A stretch of DNA of 64,000 nt. Origin: Mobula hypostoma (taxonomy: Eukaryota). Of the stretch, positions 1-10,790 are shown piece after piece. Positions within the stretch are counted from its first letter, which is position 1. Every line of letters begins with the position of its first letter. The translations under genes and the position numbers were made by a program. Under the pieces are notes generated by a model. It was not told the origin of the DNA and did no database searches. It was given only the letters and a program-made list of their open reading frames with translations. The DNA is taken from the NCBI RefSeq assembly GCF_963921235.1, contig NC_086097.1:231014001-231078000 (forward strand), given 5' to 3'.

Positions 1-1129
1 GACCTGTTCCACTTGCGCACCACCGATGTAAATGAGGTTATGCAGTTCGCTACTCCTTCTGAAGTCAACAACCAATTCCTTTGTTAGTAGCTTAAATGAA
101 GACAGTAAATTTTCTGTCACATGTAGGTGAGTGGTGGAACCTATAGAGAGTTGAGTGGGATATAGGGAGAAGACAGTGAGATTAGTATATCATCGGTGTG
201 AATTGGTACTCAATGGTTGGACCAACAGTCTGTTTCCATACTGTGTGAGGCTATAACTAATGAGTTGTTAAGCTAGCAGTATAATTGCAAATCAGCTGTG
301 TAAATTTAAAACAAAAACAAGCAAAATCCACCATATTCCATGGGAAATTAATCAATTTAAAAACTTTAGTACTGTTTGTGAGATACTAAAATGAAATTAA
401 GCTACTCTATAAAACAAGCCATATGATGCAGAATTCCTAATACTCTCCCTGTGGATTTTCTCTCCAAAGATTAAGGACACTAAAGGCAAGCCCAGTGAGT
501 TGTAGACTGATAGTAAATACATTTTCCGGGAGGCATAATTTGTTTCATAAGTGCTGCATGTCAAATTAAATTGCACAGAATTATTTGGACTCTTCATCAG
601 ACAAAACTCACCATGAATATTCAAAATGTAAGTTAATGAATGACCCAAAGCTATTTTTAATTCATTGACATCTAGATTCAATAAAAAAAACTGCGAGCCT
701 CCACTAAAACTCATAATAAATCAGATTGGTGCACAATAAAATACAATTAAATGACTATAAACTACTGATAAGGAACTAAGGATGCTTCAGTATTAACAGG
801 GAGAGGCACTGGAAGCAGGGATATGATTCTGAAATTTTTCAGGAAAAGGGAGAATCTGTTCAGCATGTTGCCAATGCTCTTCTGTCATCTCATTCTCATT
901 TTATTTTCATGTACCGTTCAGGATCAGGAATCACATGACATAATCTCAATTTAGTATTTAAATAGCCAATCAAAAATTTCAATTGTATTGGAAATTATAA
1001 ACAAAAGAAAAATGGTGCAGAATTGGGATGATTTACTGATTACTTGCCTGATGCATTGCTGAGATTCGTGAGAGTGGCAGATTCAGCCAGTTTTAGTGGT
1101 TCTGCACCTCTTTTGCACTGAGTCAGTAA

Positions 1130-1670
1130 GTTATGGTGAGTTCCAGAGTCACCATTCTGTGCAGGTGCAGAAACGAGTCCTTATGACCCCCTGGTTTGTG
1201 AATTGGTGAGATCAGAATTGAGATCTAGTGTTCGGGATCTGTCATCGGTGAGTCTAGAGTTCAAGGCCTAGTGTTTGGTGATCGGCATGTCCTGGGATCA
1301 ATGCCGAAGACTGAGGCCTGAGAGTCAAAGTGGAAGTCTGGAAGCTGGGGCCCACTGACTGCATCCGAGTCCGTGCCAATTTCTGCACGTCTGCTGCGGA
1401 AACCGAAGCCCAAATCTGAACTCACGTGAGGCTGGAGTCTGAAGAAGGCGGCTAAAGGACTGTGTATGTGTGTGGGTGGGAGGGAGTGATGGGGCTTGTT
1501 TAGCTGGTGTTGTTTTGTTGCTTGTTGTGTTCTGTGTTGTTCTACTGAGCATTGTAAACACGTGAAATTGGTGCTGGAGTGTGTACCGACGCATGTGGAC
1601 AGCCCCCAGCACAGCCTCACATTTCACTGTAAGTTTCAATGTACAGTACGCGTGATAAATAAACTTGACT
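1130..1670 (+). mobile_element. Non-coding interspersed repeat with a non-LTR-like 3' end
   Basis: 1190-1350 resembles 44845-44980 (GTGAATTGxTGAGA...CATGTCCTxGGATxAAxGCC); ends in ATAAATAAACTTGA like other LINE-type tails in the window. Confidence 0.45.
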
Positions 1671-2194
1671 CATGGACCTTTTGTTTGACTTTTCTGAAGC
1701 CTCGCTAAAATCCAAAAGCATTACCCTCATTAAAAAATTCCACTGTGGTCAGGCACTGACCGGGAATTAACAAAATCTGTGCGGATTGACTTTGAATAAA
1801 TTACCTCAGTATTATTATGCTGTCCCTTAGATGTGATTCCAATCACTTGCCCACTACCAAAGCTCTGATTTCTTCCTTATTAAAAGAAAATGCAGATCCA
1901 CCCACCCATCTTGCAACCTCCACTCTTCCTGTGCATCCACCATTGCCAATCTCCTTCATATCCAATTTAAAGCTTTACCTGGCAGTCATCCCACCAAATG
2001 CACAGCATCCATCGAGAAATATGTGCTATTATAATAAGTCTTGTTCTTGTCTTGTTGCAGGAGACTGTGCAAAGCAGGAAAACAAGAGCTAAACTCCAAC
2101 ACATCTCGTTGGCATTTGACATAAGTTTTTTTTCAGTTGACGACTGCTAGTGCCTCTACAGCATATGGCCACATGTAAGATAATGGGAACAGAA

Positions 2195-2870
2195 ATGAAA
2201 TGGGATTATTATTGTCACATGCACCGAGAAACAGTAGAAAGCTTGTCGTCTGGCACGCTGTCACACAGATTAGATCATTTCACAGTTTATTGAGCAAGAA
2301 CGAGGAAAAACAATAACAATGCAGAATAAAGTGTAACAGCTACAGAGAAAGTGCAGAACAGGTAAACAATAAGCTGCAAGCTCATAACGAGGTAGATTAT
2401 GAGGTCAAGAGTCCATTTTATCAGACTAGGGAACCATTTAATAGTCTTAGAACAGCAGTCCCTGACCCTGATGACATGTGATTTCAGGCTTTTTTATTTT
2501 TTGCCTGATGGAAGAGGGGAGAAAAGACAGATAATAACCAGGGTGTGCGGAGCCTTTGATTAAGCTGGCTGCTTCATTCAGGTAGTGGGAAGTACAGACA
2601 GAGTCCACAGAAGGGAGACTGGTTTCTGTGATGTGCTGAGCTGTGTCCACAACTCTCTGCATTTCCGTGCGTTCACATGAAAGGCAGTTGCCGTACCAAT
2701 TGTGATGCATCTGGACAGGATGTTTCCTGCGGGGCATCAATAATAGCTGCTAAGGTTTGACGGGAACATGGTAAATTTCTTCAGCCTGAAGAGAAATAGA
2801 TTGCATTTGTGAACTTTCTTGGCCACGGTGTCTATGTGGGTGGACCATTTCAGTTTTTTGGCAACATTTT
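2195..2870 (-). mobile_element. Decayed Rex1/Babar-like LINE 3' fragment
   Basis: ORF 2447..2740 (WYGNC...QRVVDTAQHIT..LPS) and LKWSTHID match the C-terminal region of the Rex1-like copies elsewhere in the window. Confidence 0.7.
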
Positions 2871-3335
2871 TTTTTTGGATTTGTTTCCAGCTTGGCCACT
2901 TTTGACCGTAGCAGAAAATTGGCCTTGCACACTCACTCACTCATTCATTTCCACTGTTGGGTTTCACTAAGTCTGTCTTGTTTTCTGTGATATCATTCCA
3001 GAGAAACATTGTATCATTTCTTAATACATGTATGCATTTCTAAATGACAATAAAAGAGGACTGAGTATTCTCATAATCTTAAAAAAAAGTCAAATTAACT
3101 CATAGCTGCACCGCTAAATTTCAAAACCCATGAAAACAACAAATTTCGTGACATATGCCAGTGATATTATACCTGATCCTGATTCTGAAATATTGTACCT
3201 CTTGATTGATTAACGTGAGATACAACCTGATTATCAGTGAGGTGGTAACAAGCAGTCAGAAACAGAATCAGATTTAATATCATTAGCATATGTTGTGAAA
3301 TTTGTTGTTTTGCAGCCGCAGTATATTGCAATATA

Positions 3336-3642
3336 ATAGGCATCCGTTAGTCTCGTGAGACTATGGATTTGCGCCTTGAAAGGTCTCCAGGGCGCCGGCC
3401 TGAGCAAGATTGTATGGAAGACCGGCAGTTGCCCATGCTGCAAGTCTGCCCTCTCCATGCCACCGATGTTGTCCAAGGGAAGGGCACTAGGGCCAATACA
3501 GCTTGGCACCAGTGTCGTCGCAGAGCAATGTGTGGTTAAGTGCCTTGCTCAAGGACACAACACGCTGCCTCAGCTGAGGCTCGAACTAGCGACCTTCAGA
3601 TCACTAGACCGACGCCTTAACCACTTGGCCACGCGCCAACAC
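3336..3642 (-). mobile_element. Full-length tRNA-derived SINE with CORE-like central box and 13-bp TSD
   Basis: Pol III A box TGGCCAAGTGG (3621-3631), B box GTTCGAGCC (3578-3586), TGTGTCCTTGAGCAAGGCACTTAACC central motif; TSD ATATTGCAATATA at 3323-3335 and 3643-3655; nested in a LINE 3' UTR (about 3265-3860). Confidence 0.9.
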
Positions 3643-4211
3643 ATATTGCAATATATAATAATAAAAACCATAAGTTACATTAAGAAGTATATATTAAAAA
3701 TTTAAATTAAATAGGTAGTGCAAAAAGGGAGGGGAAAAGTGAGGTAGTGTTCATGGGTTCATCGTCAGAAATTTGGTGGCGGAGAGGAAGAAGCTGTTTC
3801 TGAAACATTGAGTATGTGTCTCCAGGCTTCTGTACTTCTTCCTTGATGGTAACAACAAGAAGAGGTGAGGTCTTCAAACAGCACGAGACGTCATTCATTG
3901 GTGAAGTTTAAGAAGAGCTCTGGAACTTTCAGCTTTCTTTCGATGACACAAAGTATATTTTTAAGATGGAAGGAGGGGAAAGCGTACAAGCTGGCAGGTG
4001 ATAAGTGTGAAGAGTCAGAGAGAAGAAGAGTTCACAGTGGTGGAGCAGCGAGAGAGAGCCTCATTGAACACAATTCCTTTCCACCCACAGATGCTGCTCA
4101 GTCCACTGAGTTCGAAGTTTAGCAACTTTCAGCTTTCTTTTGGTGGGCTGAAATCAGCGCAGGGACAATAAAGAAGAGGTGTAAGCAGAGCAGCTATTGT
4201 GTGAGTGGGCC

Positions 4212-7149
4212 AGTCCACCGTGTAAACCTCCTCTCCCCCCCCAATGTCCAGCACGAACGTGGACCCATTGTTCCTGATCACCTTAAACGGCCCCTCGTAG
4301 GGCTGCTGTAGCGGTGCCCGGTGTCCACCCCGTCGTACAAAAAGAAACTTACAGTTCTGCAGGTCTTTGGGTACGCAGGTCGGGCTCTGTCCGTGCTGTG
4401 AAGTGGATATGGGGGCCAGGTTACCGAGCCTCTCCCGTAGTCTGTCCAGGACTGCTGTGGGTTCTTCTTCTTGCCCCCTTGGGGCTGGTATGAACTCTCC
4501 TGGGACGACATAGGGGTGCGTTGTACACCAACTCGGCCGACGAGATGTGCAGATCCTCTCCGGGCGCCGTGCGGATTCCGAGCAGGACCCAGGGAAGTTC
4601 GTCCACCCAGTTAGGCCCCTCCAGGCGGGCTATGAGAGGCGACTTCAGGTGACGGTGGAAACGCTCCACTAGTCCGTTCGACTGTGGGTGGTAGGCAGTT
4701 GTGTGGTGTAGCTGTGTTCCTTAAAGGTTGGCCATAGCTGACCACAGGCTGGAGGTGAACTGGGCGCCCCTGTCGGAGGTAATGTGGGCCGGTACCCCGA
4801 AGCGGGCTACCCAGGTTGCGATCAGTGCTTGGGCGCAGGAGTCGGATGTGGTGTCGCTGAGCGGGACTGCCTCTGGCCATCTGGTGAACCGGTCTATCAT
4901 AGTTAGGAGGTACCGCGCTCCTCGTGACACTGGCAGGGGCCCCACGATATCCACATGAATGTGGTTGAACCTCCGGCGGGTGGGTTCGAACCGCTGCGGC
5001 GGAGCCTTGGTGTGCCGCTGCACCTTGGCCGTTTGGCACTGCATGCACGTTTTGGCCCACTCACTGACCTGTTTACGCAGTCCATGCCACATGAACCTGT
5101 TGGAGACCAGCCGGACGGTTGTCCTGATGGAAGGGTGCGCTAAGTTGTGAATGGACTCGAAAACCCGCCGGCGCCAGGCTGCTGGGACGACGGGGCGGGG
5201 TTGGCCGGTAGCTACGTCACATAGTAGGGTCCTCTCGCCTGGGCCTACGGGGAGGTCTTGGAGCTACAAACCGGAGACTGCAGTCCTGTAACTGGGGATC
5301 TCAGCGTCTGCCTGCTGTGCCTCTGCCAGCGCTGCATAGTCCACCCCCTGGGACAGGGCCTGTATGGTCGGTCTGGAAAGTGCGTCCGCCACGACGTTGT
5401 TCTTTCCAGAGACATGCCGGATGTCCGTCGTGTACTCGGAGATATAGGACAGATGTCGCTGCTGGTGGGACGACCAGGGGTCAGACACCTTCACGAACAC
5501 AAAAGTAAGCAGTTTTTGGTCTGTGAACACGGTGAAAGGCCTACCTTCTAAGACGTACCTGAAATGCCGGATTGCCAGGTATAGTGCCAATAGTTCCCGG
5601 TCGAAAGCACTGTATTTGAGTTTGGGTGGTCGTAGGTGTTTGCTGAAGAACGCCAGGGGTTGCCAGCGACCCTCGATGAGTTGGTCCAGCACCCCACCGA
5701 CTGCTGTGTTGGATGCGTCCACCGTGAGGGCAGTAGGAACGTCCGTTCTGGGGTGCACTAGCATCGCGGCGTTTGCCAAGGCTTCTTTGGTTTTAACGAA
5801 AGCGGTTGCGGCCTCTTCGTCCCAGATAATGTCCTTGCCCTTACCCGTACCCGAATTTAGAGTGAAGAGGGGGCGCATGGTTCGGGCTGCTGAGGGGAGG
5901 AAACGGTGGTAGAAATTCACCATACCCACAAATTCCTGGAGGCCTTTGATTGTGTTGGGTCGGGGGAAGTGGCGGACTGCGTCTACCTTGGCGGGCAGAG
6001 GGGTTGCCCCATCTTTAGTAATCCTGTGGCCCAGGAAGTCGATGGTGTCGAGTCCGAACTGGCATTTGGCTAGGTTGATTGTAAGGCAAAATTCGCTCAG
6101 GCAGGAGTAGAGCTGTCGGAAGTGGGACAGATGCTCCTGCCGACTACTGCTGGCTATGAGGATGTCATCCAAATAGATGAATGCAAAGTCCAGGTCGCGT
6201 CCCACCGCGTCCATTAGCCGCTGGAAAGTCTGTGCGGCATTCTTTAGACCAAACGGCATTCGGAGGAATTCGAAAAGTCCGAACTGGGTGATAAGTGCTG
6301 TTTTGGGGATGTCGTCCGGATGTACCGGGATTTGATGGTATCCCCGGACGAGGTCTACCTTGGAAAAGATCCTTGCGCCGTGTAGGTTTGCTGTGAAGTC
6401 TTGAATGAGCGGCACAGGGTAGCGGTCTGGCGTTGTAGCCTCGTTCAGTCTGCGGTAGTCACCGCATAGTCTCCAGCCCCCCGTTGCCTTGGGCACCATG
6501 TGCAGGGGGGAGGCCCATGGGCTGTCGGACTGTCGTATGATCCCCAATTCCTCCATCTTCTTGAACTCCTCCTTCGCCAGTCGGAACTTGTCCGGGGGAA
6601 GCCTTCGAGCACGGGCATGGCGGAGTGGTCCCTGGGTCGGGATGTGGTGCTGTACTCTGTGTCTGGGCATGGCTGCCGTGAACTGCAGTGTCAGTACTGA
6701 TGGGAAATCTGCCAGGACCCTGGTGAATTCATCGTTGGACAGCGTGATGGAGTCCAGGTGTGGGGCTGGCAACCAGGGAGAACGTTTGAAAAGTCTTGGC
6801 GTGGACTAGTCGCTTCCCTTGCAGGTCGACCAGCAGGCTGTGGGCTCGCAGAAAATCCACCCCCAGGAGTGGTTGGGCCACGGCGGCCAGTGTGAAGTCC
6901 CACGTGAACCGGCTGGAGCTGAACTGTAGCTGCACCGTGCGGGTGCCGTAGGTTCGTATTGTGCTGCCATTTGCGGCCCTCAGCGTGGGTCCCGGTTCTC
7001 TGTTGCAGGTGTCGTAACTCGTTGGAGGTAAAACGCTGATCTCCGCTCCGGTGTCGACCAAAAATCGGCGTCCCAACTGCTTGTCGCAGATGTACAGGAG
7101 GCTGTCCTGATGGCCAGCCGCTGTAGCGATCGGCGGCGGCTGGGCCTTG
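4212..7149 (-). pseudogene. pol: Gypsy pol (PR-RT-RH-IN), interrupted
   Basis: ORFs 6729..7076 (PR), 5264..6772 (RT-RH), 4721..5092 and 4421..4669 (IN; same frame as RT, separated by single stops). Confidence 0.95.
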
Positions 7150-7805
7150 GCGTTTCCCGGGAATTTGCAGGGTGGTCTACAGCGGCGGGCCTCTGTGCCC
7201 CACCGCTGGTGGTAGAAGCATCATTGTTCGTTGGGCTCTGCTGCCGGGCCTGGTCTGGTCTGTCGTTGGGCACACGGCTTGGTGATCTGTGCGACGGATG
7301 CCCCTCTCTCTTTCCTGGCATTCCACAACACATCTGCTCGGGCCGCCACCTCCTGGGGGTCGCTGAAATCTGTGTTGGACAGCAGCAGGCGTATGTCCTC
7401 GGGCAGTTGCTCTAGGAACGCCTGCTCAAACATGAGGCAGGTTTTGTGTCCTTCAGCCAGGGCCAGCATCTCGTTCATTAATGCTGACGGCAGCCTGTCT
7501 CCCAAACCATCCAGGTGCATTAAGCGGCGTGCTCGTTCGCGCCGTGAGAGTCCAAAAGTCCTTATGAGCAGGGCTTTGAATGCTGTGTATTTGCTGTTCT
7601 CCGGGGGCGACTGTATAAACTCCTCAACTTGTGCAGCTGTCTCTTGGTCGAGAGAGCTCAGCACGTAGTAGTAACGAGTGGACTCCGAGGTTATCTGCCG
7701 AATGTGGAATTGTGCTTCTGCCTGTTCCAACTACAGACGAGGTCTCAGCGGCCAAAAGCTTGGCAGTTGTAACGAAACTGCGTGAACAGATGCAGCGTCG
7801 GTCAT
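7150..7805 (-). pseudogene. gag: Gypsy gag (interrupted)
   Basis: MTDAASVHAVSLQLPSFWPLRPRL*LEQAEAQF...NEQ*CFYHQRWGTEARRCRPPC; two in-frame stops at probable Trp codons. Confidence 0.88.
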
Positions 7806-7829
7806 CTCTGGCCCAAATATCGTTTGGGC

Positions 7830-7843
7830 CGTCGGGGTCACCA
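7830..7843 (-). promoter_or_regulatory. Primer-binding site complementary to the tRNA-Trp 3' end
   Basis: TGGTGACCCCGACG is a 14-nt complement of vertebrate tRNA-Trp ...CGUCGGGGUCACCA; it sits between the LTR and the gag ATG (7803-7805). Confidence 0.9.
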
Positions 7844-7845
7844 AA

Positions 7846-8129
7846 TGTAGCGGTGCGCTACACACAGCGCTAGAATAACCACACGGAGTCGGTGAGTTAG
7901 AGTTGCGATAAAGAGATTTATTCCAACTTCGCGGCCTACTTTAAAGCCTTCCCGTTCCCGCCCCCTCTGGGCGGGACTGCTGTGGGGAATGCATATTCCC
8001 AGACCCTTTCCGCGCGCGGGATTTTCCCCCTGCTGGTGAAGATGGCCTGGCGCCCTTTTTGGGGCCGGCCCTCTACCTGCGCGCACCGTTGTGAGCCGGT
8101 TCGTGGGTGCCAGAAAGTGGGTCGTCACA
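7846..8129 (-). repeat. 5' LTR (284 bp, TG...CA) of the Gypsy element
   Basis: Minus strand begins TGTGACGAC and ends CTACA, 2 nt before the PBS; AATAAA present on the minus strand near 7917-7922. Confidence 0.85.
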
Positions 8130-8870
8130 GGAGGACATTTCTGGTTGGCTGCTGTTAAGACCACTTCTTTTCACATTTTATGTCAACATTTGGATGACTT
8201 TGTGGCCAACTTTGCAGATAACACAAAGACAGGTGGAGGGCAGGTAGAGCTGAGGAAGCAGAGTGCCTGCAGGACTCAGAAAGACTGGGGGAATGGGGGA
8301 ATGGGCAAAGAAGCGGCAGAAATATAATGTAGGGAAATGCATAGTTATGCTCTTTAGCAAAAGGAACGAAGGCTCGGACTATTTTCTAAATGGGGAGAAA
8401 ATTAAGAAATCAGAGATGCAGAGGGACTTGGGAGTCCTCGTGCAGGATTCCCCGAAGGTTAACTTGCAAGTTGAGTTGTTGGTAAGGAAGGCAAATGCAA
8501 TGTTAACATTCATTACAACATATCGAACATTGAAAGGTCCGGATAGAGTGGATGTGAAATGGATATTTCCTATGGTGGGGAAGTCTAGGACCAGAATTGA
8601 GGGGCATTCATTTAGAACAGAGATGAGGAAAAATTTCTTTAGCCAGAGGATGATGAATCTGTGGAATTCATGGCCACAGAAGGCTGTGCAGGCCAAGTCA
8701 TTGGGTATATTTAAGAGGGAGGTCGATAGGTTCTTGATTAATCAGGGTGTCAAAGGTTGCAGAAAAATGGTGAGAGATTGCAGATGAGAGGGATAATAAA
8801 TCAACCATGATGGAATGTCGGAGCAGACTTGATGGGCTGAATAGCCTAAGTCTGCTCCTATGTCTTATAG
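8130..8870 (+). mobile_element. CR1 LINE RT/3' remnant with internal deletions
   Basis: ORF 8263..8787 (NVGKC, QRDLGVLV, FFSQRMMNLWNS) is homologous to the CR1 ORF at 10888..12462. Confidence 0.85.
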
Positions 8871-9084
8871 TGATGGTGGTCCTCAATGATGGAGACTATT
8901 TTTGTGAGACATCGACTTTTAGAGGTGTCCTCGATGCTGGGGAGGCTAGTAGCCATGATGAAGCTGGCTGAGTTTACAACTTTCTGCAGCTTTTTCTAAT
9001 CCTCCCCACCAGATGGTATTGCAACCAGTTAGTATGATCTCCACGTAGAAATGTGCTGAATTCTGTAGAAATTTGAGAGCGTCT

Positions 9085-10280
9085 TCAAGTCAAGTCAAGT
9101 CACTTTTTATTGCCATTTCGACCATAACTGCTGGTACAGTACACAGTAAAAACGAGACAATGTTTTTCAGGACCATGGTGCTACATGAAACAATACAAAA
9201 ACTACACTAGTCTACAGACCTACGCAGGACTGCATAAAGTGCACAAAACAGTGCAGGCATTACAAAAAATAGTAAACAAGACAATAGGCACAATAGATGG
9301 CAGTAGGTTGGTGTCAGTCCAGGCTCTGGGTATTGAGGAGTCTGATGGCTTGGGGGAAGAAACTGGTACATAGTCTGGTTGTGACAGCCTGAATGCTTCG
9401 GTGCCTTTTGCCAGATGGCAGGAGGGAGAAGAGTTTGTATGAGGGGTGCATGGGGTCCTTCACAGATGCAGCGTGTCTTGTAAATATCTCTAATGGCAGG
9501 AAGAGAGACCCCAATGATCTTTTCAGCTGACCTCACTATCCGCTGCAGGGTCTTGCGATCCAAGATGGTGCAATTTCCGAACCAGGCAGTGATGCAGCTG
9601 CTCAGGATGCTCTCAATACAACCTCTGTGGAATGTGGTGAGGATGGGAGGGCGGGGTGCGGTGGGAGATGGACTTTTCTCAGCCTCTGCAGAAAGTAAGA
9701 CGCTGCTGGGCTATCTTTGCTATGGAGCTGGTGTTGACAGACCAGGTGAACACCAAGAGATTTGGTGCTCTTAACGATCTCTATGGAGGAGTCGCCAATG
9801 TTCAGTGGAGAGTGGTCGCTCCGTGCTCTCCTGAAGTCAACAACCATTCTTCTGTTTTGTTCACATTCAGAGACAGGTTGTTGGCTCTGAACCAGTCCGT
9901 TAGCTGCTGCACCTCCTCTCTGTATGCTGACTCGTCGTTCCTGCTGATGAGACCCACCACGATCGTGACATCAGCGAACTTGATGATGTGATTTGAGCTG
10001 TGTGTTGCAGCGCAGTCGTGGGTCAGCAGAGTGAACAGCAGTGGACTGAGCACACAGCCCTGGGGGGCCCCCGTGCTTAGTGTGATGGTGTTGGAGATGC
10101 TGCTCCTGATCTTGACTGACTGAGGTCTCCCAGTCAGGAAGTCTAGGATCCATTTGCAGAGGGATGTGTTCAGGCCCAGTAGGCTCAGCTTTCCAATCAG
10201 TTTCTGAGGAATGATTGTGTTGAATGCTGAACTGAAGTCTATGAACAGCATTCCAACGTACGTCATCTTTGATGACATAC
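9085..10280 (-). mobile_element. Rex1/Babar-type LINE, 5'-truncated, (TTGAC)n tail, nested in an older LINE (about 8870-10520)
   Basis: ORF 9802..10293 [13 protein letters not shown]...[14 protein letters not shown]...IIKFAD (RT motifs); TCAAG repeats at 9085-9102. Confidence 0.88.
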
Positions 10281-10790
10281 CAATTCTCCTCAAACTCCGA
10301 ATGAAATATTGCCACTTTCATGTCTTCTTTGTAATTGCATTAACATGTTGAGTCCAGGGTAGATTCTCAGAGATGCAGATACCCAAGAACTTGAAACTGC
10401 TTACGCTTTTCACTCAGATCCCTCGATGAGGACTGGTGTGTGTTCCCTCAGACTTCCCCTTCTTGAAGTCCACAACCAATTTCTCGTTCTTACTGATGTT
10501 GAGTGCAAGGTTGTGATACTCAAATATCCTGCCCTTGTCTTCTGACACCCCACCCCACCCCCCGTACAATGCACAGATTCAAAGTCAATGGCCTGGGCAA
10601 GATGTGCAAACATAAGTTTAAACCAAACACCAGCATCACAGCAAATGCACTAATACTTGTCGCACCATGCACAGCAATAACCATGTTGGAATAGTAACAG
10701 GACCATTGCGAAGAATGCTGCAATCCACTGAAGAACCAATATCAATTGTATTTTGAAATACAGGTAGGCTTCCTTTGATATGCATGCTTT

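Larger units (their letters stand above)
4212..8129 (-). mobile_element. Ty3/Gypsy LTR retrotransposon: 5' LTR plus gag-pol, 3'-truncated and inactivated
   Basis: Domain order gag, PR (FLVDTGAEIS), RT (YLDD), RNase H (TVDAS...DRELLA...NVVADALSR), IN (HHCC; HVDIVGP, SDRG, NGLVERFHR); stops at 7731-7733, 7221-7223, 5264-5266, 4721-4723; frameshifts near 6780 and 4510. Confidence 0.97.

Noticed and set aside
3560..3642. tRNA gene
   Set aside because: tRNA-like head of a TSD-flanked SINE; no complete acceptor stem.
4227..4244. Polypurine tract of the Gypsy element
   Set aside because: It lies within the integrase C-terminal coding sequence (IGGGEEV) and no LTR follows.
5523..7668. Plus-strand ORFs overlapping the Gypsy element
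   Set aside because: Antisense shadows of GC-rich coding sequence; no recognisable domain.
7221..7733. APOBEC-type hypermutation (two probable TGG-to-stop changes in gag)
   Set aside because: Only two events, and the other stops have different contexts; not supportable without a consensus alignment.
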